From: a virus
DNA length: 64,000 nucleotides
Direction: 5' to 3' (one strand)
Virus record (IMG/VR): IMGVR_UViG_3300045988_139374
Span: 64,001 to 128,000 of that record
This document shows positions 10,302-20,180 of the stretch, piece after piece. The notes under the pieces were generated by a model. The model was not told the origin of the DNA, did not search any database, and saw only the letters and a program-made list of their open reading frames with translations. The stretch's first letter is position 1. The number at the start of each line of letters is the position of its first letter. The translations under genes and the position numbers were made by a program.

Positions 10302-11432
10302 TTAGTATACAGTATTCGTACATACTCCTGTTTCTTTAGCAAATAGAATAGTCTTATAATTATTGACAATTCTTTCATCATCAGGGTTATGTTCATAAGC
10401 AATAGCAATATGATAATATGCTTCATCAATGTTGCCAAGATAATAATTGCAAATAGACAGTAGATCGCTATCTTTTGCAATCCAATTATCATATCTTTCA
10501 AGCCAATCATATTTTCTAGTGCCAAATTTACGGCCCATATCAATATATCCTACAGCAATAGAATATAATCCTTGAGCCATATATACATCGGCAATACAGA
10601 AATATGGTTCTCTATATGTATAATTCAATTTAATCCATTCTATATACCATTTAATAGCATTATCATAATCACCCTTAACGAAATAATTATCTCCTAGATG
10701 GCCAATACAATCAAGCTTGATTCCGACTTTATCCTCATTATTGATCTCATCATACTCAAGAGTCTTTAGATACTGCTTAATAGAATTATCATAATCTCCA
10801 GCAATATAATATTCTCTAGCAAGAAGAGAACTTACGTGACTATCTTTAGGATTCTCTTCAACTGCAATTTTCAATAGAGGAAGATACGAAGATCTAGCTT
10901 TAGTAGTATCCATAAAATGATGAAGATAGATATTATCTCCAGCATCTAGGATATTCTCTTCCATATTAGGATCATTTTTCTCTAGAATCTCGTGAACAGG
11001 ATATTTCCAATGATAATTTTTTGTATGAATCTTATCATAAGTAAATACATTTGTAGGTTCACCATTGCTATTATGCGACCATGCATACATATAATGGCAT
11101 CTAGTATCTCCATCTTCCCAATTTTCTCTAAGTACATTACACCATCCCTTTTCAAAGATTTCATCGAAATCTGTGCATACACAAATTTCAACATCATCAG
11201 GGATTAATTTCATAGATTCATTACGTGCAACATCAAATCTCCAAGGATTAATAACTTTCTGTTCCACTCTAGTTACTCTAGGATCTTCTTTGAGTAATTC
11301 AAAAGAACCATCAGTAGAGCCTGTATCCAATACTACAATATAATCAGCCTCTGACATATTATCTAGCCATCTATTAATCCATTTAGATTCATTCTTACAG
11401 ATAGCATAAACACAAATTTTCTTATCAGTCAT
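10302..11432 (-). CDS. glycosyltransferase (GT-A/GT2-like N-domain) fused to TPR repeats
   Basis: N-terminus ICVYAICKNE...YIVVLDTGSTDGS is typical of GT2-type enzymes. The C-terminal half has repeated AxxYYxxGDYDxAIxxY TPR-like units. The start overlaps the upstream stop (ATGACTGA). Confidence 0.7.
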   Translation of the reverse strand: MTDKKICVYAICKNESKWINRWLDNMSEADYIVVLDTGSTDGSFELLKEDPRVTRVEQKVINPWRFDVARNESMKLIPDDVEICVCTDFDEIFEKGWCNVLRENWEDGDTRCHYMYAWSHNSNGEPTNVFTYDKIHTKNYHWKYPVHEILEKNDPNMEENILDAGDNIYLHHFMDTTKARSSYLPLLKIAVEENPKDSHVSSLLAREYYIAGDYDNSIKQYLKTLEYDEINNEDKVGIKLDCIGHLGDNYFVKGDYDNAIKWYIEWIKLNYTYREPYFCIADVYMAQGLYSIAVGYIDMGRKFGTRKYDWLERYDNWIAKDSDLLSICNYYLGNIDEAYYHIAIAYEHNPDDERIVNNYKTILFAKETGVCTNTVY

Positions 11433-11601
11433 CCTTAATCTCTCCTTCTTCTGTAACTAGATTACTAGTCAATTCTTTTCCACAGCAAATACAAAGGCAT
11501 TGAACATATCCTCTAGTATCCAGAATTAATTTAATAGCTTTATTAACAGGAATTTCTGTGACTACACCACAATCATCACATTTAAAAGCTACTACCTTCA
11601 T
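11425..11601 (-). CDS. small zinc-ribbon protein (CxxC...CxCxCCG)
   Basis: I prefer ATG 11601 (GGAG 8 nt upstream) over the track's GTG 11610. Product: MKVVAFKCDDCGVV...CLCICCGKE. Confidence 0.55.
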   Translation of the reverse strand: MKVVAFKCDDCGVVTEIPVNKAIKLILDTRGYVQCLCICCGKELTSNLVTEEGEIKDD

Positions 11602-11606
11602 AAAGA

Positions 11607-11780
11607 TCACTCCTTATTAGATACTTCAATGATTCTATCGCTTTCTACATTATTTCCACAATGAGGGCAAACACATCTGCATTTTCCAAAAATCTTAATA
11701 TAGTCTTCTCCAAATTGAGTTACAGGAACTTCAAAGTTTTCATTACAATCAGGGCAATAAAAAGATACTACATTTCTCAT
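11607..11780 (-). CDS. small zinc-ribbon protein, paralog of 11425..11601 (57 aa, below track cutoff)
   Basis: Hand translation gives MRNVVSFYCPDCNENFEVPVTQFGEDYIKIFGKCRCVCPHCGNNVESDRIIEVSNKE. RBS AGGAGG upstream. The stop TGA abuts the next gene. Confidence 0.5.
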   Translation of the reverse strand: MRNVVSFYCPDCNENFEVPVTQFGEDYIKIFGKCRCVCPHCGNNVESDRIIEVSNKE

Positions 11781-11797
11781 AATATTTAATCCTCCTA

Positions 11798-11834
11798 AAT
11801 AAAATAAAGGGAAGGAGCAGAGAGCTCCTTCCCC
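11798..11834 (-). terminator. intrinsic terminator GGGGAAGGAGC/GCTCCTTCCC + T-run
   Basis: Perfect GC-rich stem immediately after the fibre gene stop. Confidence 0.7.
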
Positions 11835-11869
11835 ACTTTTTACTTAGAAGTCGAATTGATAAAAGATTA

Positions 11870-13231
11870 TCAATAGTTATTGCCCTTAATAGAAACACTA
11901 TGGGTATGCTGTGCGATGCTATGAGTATGAGCAGTCGGCTTAGTGTAGCTGTGGCTATGAGCAGCAACCTTAAGAGCATAGGTGAAGGTGTTAGTGGTCG
12001 GAGTAATAGTATGGCTATGAGCTCCAATAGTAACACTGTGGCTATGAGCAGCGATAGTAACACTATGAGAGTGGCCACCTGCAGAGGTAGTAGCAACAGT
12101 ACCAGCACCTGCAGCACTCAGAGTTGCACCGGTGACATAAGTAATAGTATCACCAACAGTTGCAGAGACACTATGAGTATGTGCACCTGCAGCACCAGTT
12201 ACAGAGACACCAGTAACAACAGACTTGGAGCCAGTAGCAACATTGACAGTATGGCTATGAGCAGCAATAGTAACACTATGAGTATGTGCACCTGCAGCAC
12301 CAGTTGCAGAGACACCAGTAACAACAGTCATAGAACCAAGACTCAGAATGCCATCAGCATAGCTTGCAGGAGATGCTGCAGTACCAGTACTAGGAGTGAT
12401 GCTATGAGAGTGACTACCAGCAGAGCTGGAATTAACAGTAGCACCGCCACCAGCACTTAGAGTTGCACCAGTGACATAAGTCAGAGTTGCAGTACTAGGA
12501 GTGATACTATGAGTATGATTGCCAGCGGAACCAGTTGCAGTACCAACAGCAGTAACAGGAGAAAGTGTTGCAGTTGCAACATTGACAGTATGGCTATGAG
12601 CAGCAATAGTAACACTATGAGTATGTGCACCAGCAGAAGTAGAAGTAATAGTAGCCGCACCAGCTGCTGCAGAAGTAACAGTAGCACCACCACCAGAACC
12701 AGTAACAGTAGGAGCACCTGCAGTATCAGTAATACTAACAGTAGTATCGATAGCACCACCAGCACCAGTGTTAGAAGCTGCACCTGCACCTGCAGAACCA
12801 GTTGCCGTAGCACCAGCAGTAGCTGCAGTACCACTTAGAGTAATCTGGCCCTTCTTAGCGTAATCAGTCAGGTCAGTTGCAGTGGTGCCAATCTTTTCCC
12901 AGACATACTGAACATAACCAGCAGCGCCAGTACTATCGGGGCCCTTATCAATAGTAACAAATTCAACATAGGTACCAGAAATACCACCATCATTAGCGAC
13001 GAGGTAAATCTTACCCATAGTACTAGCTGCAGCAGTGGTAGCAGGAGCACCAATAGCACCATCTCCAGCAGCTTCTTTACGAGCATTATCAGTTACAAGC
13101 TGAACGCCTGCATTAATCATATCAGCAATGTTTTGCCAAGTCTTCGGATTACCAGATCCGTCCTGGATGTACTTAGCATTAAGGTCATAAGATACGCCTT
13201 CGACCTTAATCTGTTTGATGTTATCAGCCAT
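11870..13231 (-). CDS. tail fibre protein with GxHxH repeats (Phage_fiber_2 / T4 gp37-needle-like)
   Basis: I count 13 H-x-H motifs (AHTHSVTIAAHSHTVNV, GNHTHSIT, GSHSHSIT...) in a Gly/Ala/Thr/Ser-rich C-terminal 330 aa. Confidence 0.75.
   Translation of the reverse strand: MADNIKQIKVEGVSYDLNAKYIQDGSGNPKTWQNIADMINAGVQLVTDNARKEAAGDGAIGAPATTAAASTMGKIYLVANDGGISGTYVEFVTIDKGPDSTGAAGYVQYVWEKIGTTATDLTDYAKKGQITLSGTAATAGATATGSAGAGAASNTGAGGAIDTTVSITDTAGAPTVTGSGGGATVTSAAAGAATITSTSAGAHTHSVTIAAHSHTVNVATATLSPVTAVGTATGSAGNHTHSITPSTATLTYVTGATLSAGGGATVNSSSAGSHSHSITPSTGTAASPASYADGILSLGSMTVVTGVSATGAAGAHTHSVTIAAHSHTVNVATGSKSVVTGVSVTGAAGAHTHSVSATVGDTITYVTGATLSAAGAGTVATTSAGGHSHSVTIAAHSHSVTIGAHSHTITPTTNTFTYALKVAAHSHSYTKPTAHTHSIAQHTHSVSIKGNNY
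12170..12631. repeat. internal direct repeats of the fibre gene
   Basis: A 56-nt perfect duplicate lies at 12237..12292 and 12576..12631. A second, about 50-nt near-duplicate lies at about 12170..12220 and 12274..12325. These encode the repeated AHTHSVTIAAHSHTVNVAT units. Confidence 0.85.
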
Positions 13232-13315
13232 ATTGTTTTAACCTCGCTTAACTGAAATTATTAACGGCAAATATCCATCGATCTGTAATGGATAATGGAT
13301 TATTAGAATGTTTTT

Positions 13316-13358
13316 CTTAAAAATAAATGATCCAGTAGAGAATGTTCTCTACTGGATC
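13316..13358 (-). terminator. intrinsic terminator GATCCAGTAGAGAA/TTCTCTACTGGATC
   Basis: 14-bp perfect stem with a T-run on the minus strand. Confidence 0.75.
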
Positions 13359-13420
13359 TTAATTCACTTAGAATTTACGCAACAGGCAAAGCTTCATATA
13401 CACCAAAACTACAACTAAAA

Positions 13421-14803
13421 TTACTTGACAGTAACAGTAGAGGTCTTCTTGGTGACAACGGGAGTGATGGTCTCCGTAGCAACAGTAATAGTACCATTGG
13501 GAGCCTGTGCATCCTCGGTAGTAGCAACAGTAGGAGTGACAGACTTCTTGGTGCCAGTAAAGGCAGCAGTGAAGGTAGGCTGAGTAACAATAGCTGCAGT
13601 AGTCTCGGTAGCAATAGTAGTACCCAGAACAGCACCAGTACCAGTGAAGGTAGCCTCACCATTGTACTCTGCCTTAGCAGTAGCACCAGTTGCAACTGCA
13701 ACAGTAGAGGTACCAAAGGTGGGCAGTGCACCAGACAGCTTCGGAGCAGTGTAGGTAACTGCACCAGCAGCGGTGACAGCAGCAGCATAGAATGCAGCAT
13801 CATCAGTAGCAGTGGTATAGCTCAGACTCAGAGACTCCTCAGTCTTATCAACACTGAACTTAACACCCTTCTGAACGAAAGATGCAGTAGCATCAGCAGC
13901 CTTCTCAACCTTGCCATCAGTCATAGTATAACCAGTACCAGCATCGGTAACAGTTGCAACATCAGCAGTGTTCAGGGTAACAGATGCATTCAGAGCAGGC
14001 AGAGCAACCTTACCAGCAGGTGTATAGTTTGCAGTGTGAGTCTCATCAGCAGCAGTAGCAGCGATAGTAACACTAGCAGTCTTTTCGTAAGTTGCAGCTG
14101 CATTTGTGTCCTGAGTCACAGTAACAGCGCCAGCAGGAGTAACATCCAGAGCAGAGTAAGTCTTAGGAACTGCAACAGTAGTACCATCCAGAGTATACTC
14201 GCCAGGCTTAGCAGTGGTCAGATCAGCGATCTTGTCGAAGACCTCAACAGTGCCAGCTGCAGTATCCTTATGAGACAGAGCCTTCAGGTTCAGAGCCGTG
14301 GGGCCTTCCAGCTCCTCAGCAGTGATATTATCCTGCAGATCAATACCAGCAATGGTAGTGGTCTTTGCAACATAAGTCTTAGCAGCAGTAGCAACAGTCA
14401 GGTGAGTAGACTGGTCACCCAGCTCTTCCCAAGCAGTGCCATTGTAAATATACTCCTTAGAGTTATCCTTCATGACAACAACGTCACCGGAAACAGGCTC
14501 AGCAACAGCAGCAGCAATTGCCTCCAGATCAGTCTGGCCCTCAGTACGATTAATAACGCCACGGAAGTGCATTGCACCTTCCAGAGATGCAACCTTCTTC
14601 TTAACGTATGCTGCAACTGCACCTTCAGTAGGCAGGTTAACGCCTTCCTCGGTCAGCTCAACAGACACGTCCTTATAAACGGCGTCATGGAAACCTTCAA
14701 CAACCTTACGAAGGTCGGCATCCTTAACGAAATAGACTTCAGAACCGACTGTAATCTTCTTAAGGGTATTGGCATTATCATAAGTAGGATTAATAGCAGC
14801 CAT
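13421..14803 (-). CDS. fibre-like structural protein, Ala/Thr-rich
   Basis: 460 aa with RBS AAAGGAG. The C-terminal 300 aa are dominated by T/A/V/G beta-strand-like low-complexity sequence. GC-richer codon usage. Confidence 0.6.
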   Translation of the reverse strand: MAAINPTYDNANTLKKITVGSEVYFVKDADLRKVVEGFHDAVYKDVSVELTEEGVNLPTEGAVAAYVKKKVASLEGAMHFRGVINRTEGQTDLEAIAAAVAEPVSGDVVVMKDNSKEYIYNGTAWEELGDQSTHLTVATAAKTYVAKTTTIAGIDLQDNITAEELEGPTALNLKALSHKDTAAGTVEVFDKIADLTTAKPGEYTLDGTTVAVPKTYSALDVTPAGAVTVTQDTNAAATYEKTASVTIAATAADETHTANYTPAGKVALPALNASVTLNTADVATVTDAGTGYTMTDGKVEKAADATASFVQKGVKFSVDKTEESLSLSYTTATDDAAFYAAAVTAAGAVTYTAPKLSGALPTFGTSTVAVATGATAKAEYNGEATFTGTGAVLGTTIATETTAAIVTQPTFTAAFTGTKKSVTPTVATTEDAQAPNGTITVATETITPVVTKKTSTVTVK

Positions 14804-14877
14804 TGAAATTATTCTCCTTTAATTAATATTTTTGTGATAAATAATTTAAACGAGATATCAAAAAAAAATACTATTAC

Positions 14878-15645
14878 TTATCCGACAGAGAATCCATCTT
14901 TGAAAATCAAAGATTCATCAGGACCTTTAGTAACAGTAAATTTTTTATTAATTTCATCAGTGATAGACTTTTGATTCATTGTACCATCAGTCTGATCACC
15001 GAGAGCACCATATAGTTTCATTACGCCAGGTACAATAGAAGTTGCTAGAGGCGCTTTATTAATTTGTTCGAATTTCTTCGTATCAGGTTTATATTCGTAT
15101 ACAAATGTACTAGGAATATCAATGTATAGTTTATAGTCATAACCAACAAGAGATTCCTTATAAGTATTATCTGTATAGAATTTACCCTCATGAAGATATC
15201 CATGACAAATTAATCCACCATTAGAGAATTTTACTTTACTCAGAGGAATAGATTCGTCAGCAAAAGATTCAAAGTTAATAGTTACAGTTCCATCTTCCTG
15301 AGTTTCCATTCCAGTACCGAGCTTAATAGCTCCGTACTTATCAGCAGCAGCTGCAGGAATATCAACGATTGCATCATTGATAGGAAGCATTTCACCATTA
15401 ATAGTGATAGCATCAATCTTAGCAGAATTGACTATAGTAAATTTACCTGTATCTGTAGCTCCAATTTGTTCTTGAGTTCTAGACTTATCATAAATATACA
15501 AAAGTCCATTCTCTTTACAAATTGTAAAATACTTCTCAGGCATTAGATTATCATTTACAGATCTCATTTCTTGCTTCGTCATTAATAGACGAGCATCAAC
15601 AGGATCACGTGTAGATAGTCTAAATCCTTGGATGACATCAATCAT
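14878..15645 (-). CDS. fibre/baseplate-associated protein
   Basis: 255 aa. The motif ATSIVPGVMKLYGALGDQTDG resembles the AxxxxxGxVKL motif common in fibre proteins. Confidence 0.5.
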   Translation of the reverse strand: MIDVIQGFRLSTRDPVDARLLMTKQEMRSVNDNLMPEKYFTICKENGLLYIYDKSRTQEQIGATDTGKFTIVNSAKIDAITINGEMLPINDAIVDIPAAAADKYGAIKLGTGMETQEDGTVTINFESFADESIPLSKVKFSNGGLICHGYLHEGKFYTDNTYKESLVGYDYKLYIDIPSTFVYEYKPDTKKFEQINKAPLATSIVPGVMKLYGALGDQTDGTMNQKSITDEINKKFTVTKGPDESLIFKDGFSVG

Positions 15646-15668
15646 CCTATCTCCTCCTTTCTACTAAA

Positions 15669-17750
15669 TTAATCAGTAAAAGCAAAAGAAAGTTTAAATT
15701 TATTGATAGTAAGAGATTCACTAGTATACCAGACATTGAAATCAGTTTCAGTACCCGGATCCCAATAAACCTTCTTCTCCCAACCATTGATTTGTTCAAA
15801 TCCATTCGGATCTTTGATAGATTGAATATCTCCTAGATCTTTTCTATAAGCAAATACCAGATGCTGATCATTTGCGGTATATTTATGAGAAGTACCTTCA
15901 GTGATCAGAGTCTTATCTTCAATTTCTTCCTTCTCCAAGTTATCGATATTGGTAGGAATAGAATCAGAGACACCGAAATAAACGCACTTAACAGGATCCG
16001 GAGTATCAGGAGCAATGATCATGTTCATAAACTCATCAAATGTAGTTCCCTTAGGAATTACTTGACCTTGCTTCAAAGCACCAATAGGAACGATAACAGT
16101 AATATCTTCATTGATAGATGCTTCAGCAATAGAGCTAATGACATTATTCTCATCAATAGTAATATTCTTACCAGGAGTCAGCTTATCTTGCTTAGTCTTC
16201 AGCTGATCATTTAGATACTTATTAACCAGCGGAGAAACAACATCTTCCAGATGTTCATTCAAGTAATCAGTAACCTGATCTCCAGCCATGATATTAATGT
16301 AAGTAGCTAGATCAATAGGATAACTTACAGACAACCAAGCATACTTATCATCTAGAGTAATATCAGTTTCTCTATCATAAGCATGAAGTTTCTTATACTG
16401 ACTCTGAACTTTAGAATCAAAAGGTTCAAACTTACCTAGAGTGGTAAATTGAACTTTAGCGCCCATGTCAAGTTCACCAGTAGAAGAAATCCAGTCGCCC
16501 AGAATAGTTTCTCCATCATAAGAGTCAATATATTCAACTCTACGGAAAACACCAACTTCTCCATCCTTGACCATAATACAGTCAGCAACTAGCTTATCTC
16601 CCTTAACAGTGAGATTAGGCTTAGCAGCTTCAGTCTTAGTAGGAACAGCTCTCAAAACAACTGGTTCTTTAAAGATCAGAGTCTGATCTTCAGGTTCAGA
16701 AGGAGAAGTAATATCAATCCTCTTTAGATTAACACTCTTAAATCTCTTAATATCGGTATATCCAAAAATACGAAGGTCAATAGGGCCGATGACAGTATTC
16801 AGCAGTTCAGGATTCTGACCCATAAAGAAATTGGTAACCGCTACAGAGTTACCTCTTGCAAGCATTGCACCAAACTCTTCTTCATCACCAGTAAATCCAT
16901 TTTCTACTGCATATTCATAAGCAGACTTACCATCGTCACCAGGATTACCCTGCTTTCCAGGATCGCCCTTGTCTCCCTTAGTGCCAGCAGCAATTTTTCC
17001 TAGATACTGATAACCAGTAATGGTCTCCTCAATATTAGAATTATTCTGGCAGCACTTGCAAGTACACTTACTTACAGTAGAATCGCCAGTTCTAATATAT
17101 AGATCAGAAACAGGATCATTCAAAACAGCCACAAACTTGCCACGAGGAATAGTATTCTTCTTAGCTTCTGCTTCTTCAATAGATTCAAAGACGCAATAGA
17201 CTTCGAAATTAGCAGCTTCTCCCTTTTCGCCCTTAAGAGATGCTAGCCATTCATCTTCTGTTCCTTCATATCCCATAGCTACTGCACATTCATATGCAGA
17301 AGGACCTTGGGATCCAGTAGCAGCTTTCCAAGTAATACCATCAAGGCTATACTGAAATACACCAGCTTCATTTTCTCTAACAAGAGTAATCTTCTGACCA
17401 TCGTTTTCAACACTACATACAGGATTACTAATAGTGTCAGATGTAGCAAGAATAGTGATATCCAGAACATCACTGGGTTGAACATAGATAACCTTACCAG
17501 AATATTCCTCAGATCCGTCAATCTGAAGATAGGCACTAGTTCCCATTGCTCCAAGAGAGGAATTATAATTAACACCAATCTTAGATACAATGCCAGTAAT
17601 GACATTCTTTTCACCATTTAGCTTATAGAAACATTCAACTTTGTCACCAGTTTTTACAGTGACAATTTTAGAAACTCCACTATCAAAGGTTAGTGAAAAC
17701 CTCAGATTAGGGAGAATGGTATATTTATTGTCAAGCAACATGGCCATCAA
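15669..17750 (-). CDS. tail fibre protein with short collagen-like segment
   Basis: 693 aa. Contains GDKGDPGKQGNPGDDGKSAYEYAVENGFTGDEEEF and a second SAYECAVAMGYEGTEDEWLASLKGEKGE unit, both typical of Gram-positive phage fibres. Confidence 0.7.
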   Translation of the reverse strand: MMAMLLDNKYTILPNLRFSLTFDSGVSKIVTVKTGDKVECFYKLNGEKNVITGIVSKIGVNYNSSLGAMGTSAYLQIDGSEEYSGKVIYVQPSDVLDITILATSDTISNPVCSVENDGQKITLVRENEAGVFQYSLDGITWKAATGSQGPSAYECAVAMGYEGTEDEWLASLKGEKGEAANFEVYCVFESIEEAEAKKNTIPRGKFVAVLNDPVSDLYIRTGDSTVSKCTCKCCQNNSNIEETITGYQYLGKIAAGTKGDKGDPGKQGNPGDDGKSAYEYAVENGFTGDEEEFGAMLARGNSVAVTNFFMGQNPELLNTVIGPIDLRIFGYTDIKRFKSVNLKRIDITSPSEPEDQTLIFKEPVVLRAVPTKTEAAKPNLTVKGDKLVADCIMVKDGEVGVFRRVEYIDSYDGETILGDWISSTGELDMGAKVQFTTLGKFEPFDSKVQSQYKKLHAYDRETDITLDDKYAWLSVSYPIDLATYINIMAGDQVTDYLNEHLEDVVSPLVNKYLNDQLKTKQDKLTPGKNITIDENNVISSIAEASINEDITVIVPIGALKQGQVIPKGTTFDEFMNMIIAPDTPDPVKCVYFGVSDSIPTNIDNLEKEEIEDKTLITEGTSHKYTANDQHLVFAYRKDLGDIQSIKDPNGFEQINGWEKKVYWDPGTETDFNVWYTSESLTINKFKLSFAFTD

Positions 17751-17795
17751 CCAATCCTTTCTTTATGATAATTATTATAAAGTTTACGAGCAAAT

Positions 17796-17823
17796 GCCGG
17801 TAGGATCTACTCATCCTACCGGC
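17796..17823. terminator. hairpin GCCGGTAGGAT/ATCCTACCGGC
   Basis: 11-bp perfect stem of the GGTAG family. The U-tract is weak, so function is uncertain. Confidence 0.4.
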
Positions 17824-17981
17824 AATGCATAAAGTTTTTGAAAGGAGTAAACAAACGAAGGAAAACAAAAATCAACGCAATCGAAAACCACCGTGACCAG
17901 CACATTAACAGCTAGGGAAAACAATAATTTGGAGGCACAAATCTCATGGCAGAAGAAATTTGCTTTATTTTCGTCCAGCTA

Positions 17982-19181
17982 TTACTTAAATGTTACATTT
18001 CTTTCTAGCAGATTGTTCATACATTCACGAAGATTTGCAACAAAAGTATCATAGAAAATCTTATCCTTAGCATTGATAGAATGATAAGCTCTACCTCTAG
18101 GATTAATACGATCAATTGCAATAATATTACGAATAAAATAATACATAAAAGTATGTTCTGCCATATTATCAGGATTCATATTGCAACAATACTTACAATA
18201 TGCAAGGCAAATCATCATAGCCTGATCTTTAGTAAACTCAGTTAGATGGCGAATAATGACATCGGGGCAAGTACGAATATCATTAATGATAGCATCATTA
18301 GTTTCATACTTATGGATGAAAGAATCATAAACTCTATTAGGCTTCTTCATCTCAATGGACTTAATCTTGCAATGCTTGCAGAATTCTTTAAATTCATCAA
18401 GATTAAAAGCTTTATCGATATTATCTCTAATAGCTTCTAGATTCTTTACCATTACATCATTGCCATTATTCTTAGCAACTACGATAGCATTGTTAATCTG
18501 ATCCTTACGTTCGTCATCAAAGCTAAGCATCAAATCACCAATCTGAGTTGCCATATCATCTGCAATATTAGCAGTATCTTTAGTAAATCCAGAAAATAGA
18601 GTATCAAGATCAACAGTCTTCTGAGAAGACTTTTTATATTCTTCTACATATTCATCAATTAGCATCTTAGCAACTTGATTCTTATGGAGAATTCTATTGC
18701 TAGGAACACCAACAGTATTTGCATTAGCCATAATCTGGCTTACAGTGTTCTGCATAAACTTAGGCATGTTGGAATAATAGTCAATATTATTACCAGCAAT
18801 TCTATTAGCCATTAGATATGCAATCTTAGAAACTGCATCTGCTTCAGGAATTTTATCTTTACAAGAATCAAGGAAATTATTCAAATCAGCATTTAGATCA
18901 GGAGTTTCATCATTGATCATAGCATCAAAATTTTCAAGATTCTTCTGCTGAATTTCTTCAATAGAAGTTTCAGTATCAATTACATTATAACTTCCAGTAG
19001 CAGGGTTATAAGAACCAAGAACCTTTTGAGGTTTAGATTCTTCTTTCTTTTCATCTTCAGAAATAGTATTCATTGCATTTACTGATTCTTCGATATTATT
19101 TACATTCTCAAGAATCTTAGGTGCAGATTCAGGTGTAGCATTTAGAAGATTTTCATATTCCTTATCAATATTAGTAGACAT
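17982..19181 (-). CDS. hypothetical protein
   Basis: I prefer ATG 19181 (AAAGGAG upstream, MSTNIDKEY...) over the track start at 19247. Confidence 0.6.
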   Translation of the reverse strand: MSTNIDKEYENLLNATPESAPKILENVNNIEESVNAMNTISEDEKKEESKPQKVLGSYNPATGSYNVIDTETSIEEIQQKNLENFDAMINDETPDLNADLNNFLDSCKDKIPEADAVSKIAYLMANRIAGNNIDYYSNMPKFMQNTVSQIMANANTVGVPSNRILHKNQVAKMLIDEYVEEYKKSSQKTVDLDTLFSGFTKDTANIADDMATQIGDLMLSFDDERKDQINNAIVVAKNNGNDVMVKNLEAIRDNIDKAFNLDEFKEFCKHCKIKSIEMKKPNRVYDSFIHKYETNDAIINDIRTCPDVIIRHLTEFTKDQAMMICLAYCKYCCNMNPDNMAEHTFMYYFIRNIIAIDRINPRGRAYHSINAKDKIFYDTFVANLRECMNNLLERNVTFK

Positions 19182-19203
19182 TAATATTCTCCTTTTATAT
19201 AAA

Positions 19204-19995
19204 TTACTTAATAGGCTCAATATCTCCACCAATCTGCTGAAGTGCAAGCTTAATATAAGTCATAATATCAGCAGAATCAGGAGAATTCAATACAAAAGTC
19301 TGATAGAAATTTCTGAAAAATCCACCAGTAGGATCAGAAACAATACTAGCAATATATGGTGCTAGTGTAGGTGCTTGATTACTATAAACAATGCTTAGAA
19401 TATTATCTAGAGAAATATTAAAAGAATCAATCTGATTAATTACATAATCGATATTACAGTGAATAGCTGCAAGTACAGGATCTTTAAATAGCTTCTTAGA
19501 ATAGCTATAGGTAGCATCGTTCTCTTTTCTAAGTTGAGAGAAATTAAATGCTGAATTAAGAGCATCTTTCTCTTGAATTAGATACATAGCATAAAACATT
19601 TTTAGATGCTCAGAAAAAGAAGATACAAAGAAATCATATAGCCAAAATGCCGCAGAATACAATTCAGTATCTTCATGAGGATTAAAACTCAATCCATAGA
19701 AATTACAGATCTTATTGATGATATTCAGATAAGTCTTATTTCTAGTATTGATAATATCAGGATTATTTGCACCAAATCCATCAGACAGATTTTTAAACGT
19801 CAATTCATAAGCATATACTAGATTAGGATTAGAAGCTTGATATGGATTAAATCTATTATTCAATGCATTATCAAGAGCATCGAGAATATAATCGTCTCCA
19901 AATTGACCAAGAATACCTGCTAGTTGATTATCAATATTGACATTTGTTACTGCAGGATTATACTGGAAAGGTGTACCATTAAATTCAACGGCCAT
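19204..19995 (-). CDS. hypothetical protein
   Basis: 263-aa ORF with RBS GGAGGAG. Confidence 0.6.
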   Translation of the reverse strand: MAVEFNGTPFQYNPAVTNVNIDNQLAGILGQFGDDYILDALDNALNNRFNPYQASNPNLVYAYELTFKNLSDGFGANNPDIINTRNKTYLNIINKICNFYGLSFNPHEDTELYSAAFWLYDFFVSSFSEHLKMFYAMYLIQEKDALNSAFNFSQLRKENDATYSYSKKLFKDPVLAAIHCNIDYVINQIDSFNISLDNILSIVYSNQAPTLAPYIASIVSDPTGGFFRNFYQTFVLNSPDSADIMTYIKLALQQIGGDIEPIK

Positions 19996-20103
19996 ATACT
20001 TTACTCCTCCATTTTAAAATAATAAAGCACGTAGAGCGATTTTGATTACTATCTGGTTAATAAATTATTTATATTTTAATTTAAATAAATCAAAAATTAA
20101 AAA

Positions 20104-20137
20104 GATAATATAAATATGACATTAGAATATGAATTCT
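20104..20137 (+). promoter_or_regulatory. promoter-like motif GATAATATAA-ata-TGA plus short hairpin
   Basis: Two mismatches to the repeated box. Hairpin AGAAT/ATTCT at 20124..20137. Lies upstream of gene 20181. Confidence 0.35.
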
Positions 20138-20180
20138 TTTGCCAAAGATATATCTAAAAAAAGAGAAAGGATTGATAATA

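Noticed and set aside
11870-13231. Fibre repeats as a CRISPR array or a diversity-generating retroelement target
   Set aside because: The repeats are in-frame coding modules without unique spacers. I saw no reverse transcriptase (no YxDD ORF) and no adenine-specific template/variable repeat pair in the window.
11900-14806. Multiple long ORFs on both strands inside the fibre genes (11900..12460 +, 12481..12834 -, 12509..12838 +, 13375..13803 -, 14036..14806 +)
   Set aside because: They are alternative frames of repetitive GCN/ACN/AGC-rich fibre DNA. Their products are low-complexity (L-, S- or C-rich), and none has an RBS.
17946-18008. 20-codon hydrophobic mini-ORF (MAEEICFIFVQLLLKCYISF) with GGAGG 10 nt upstream, in an unusual A/C-rich 150-nt non-coding stretch (17824..17981)
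   Set aside because: It is too short to support from sequence alone, and it overlaps the 3' end of the convergent gene. It could be chance. I note it only as a possible type-I-toxin-like peptide or sRNA locus to check in RNA-seq data.
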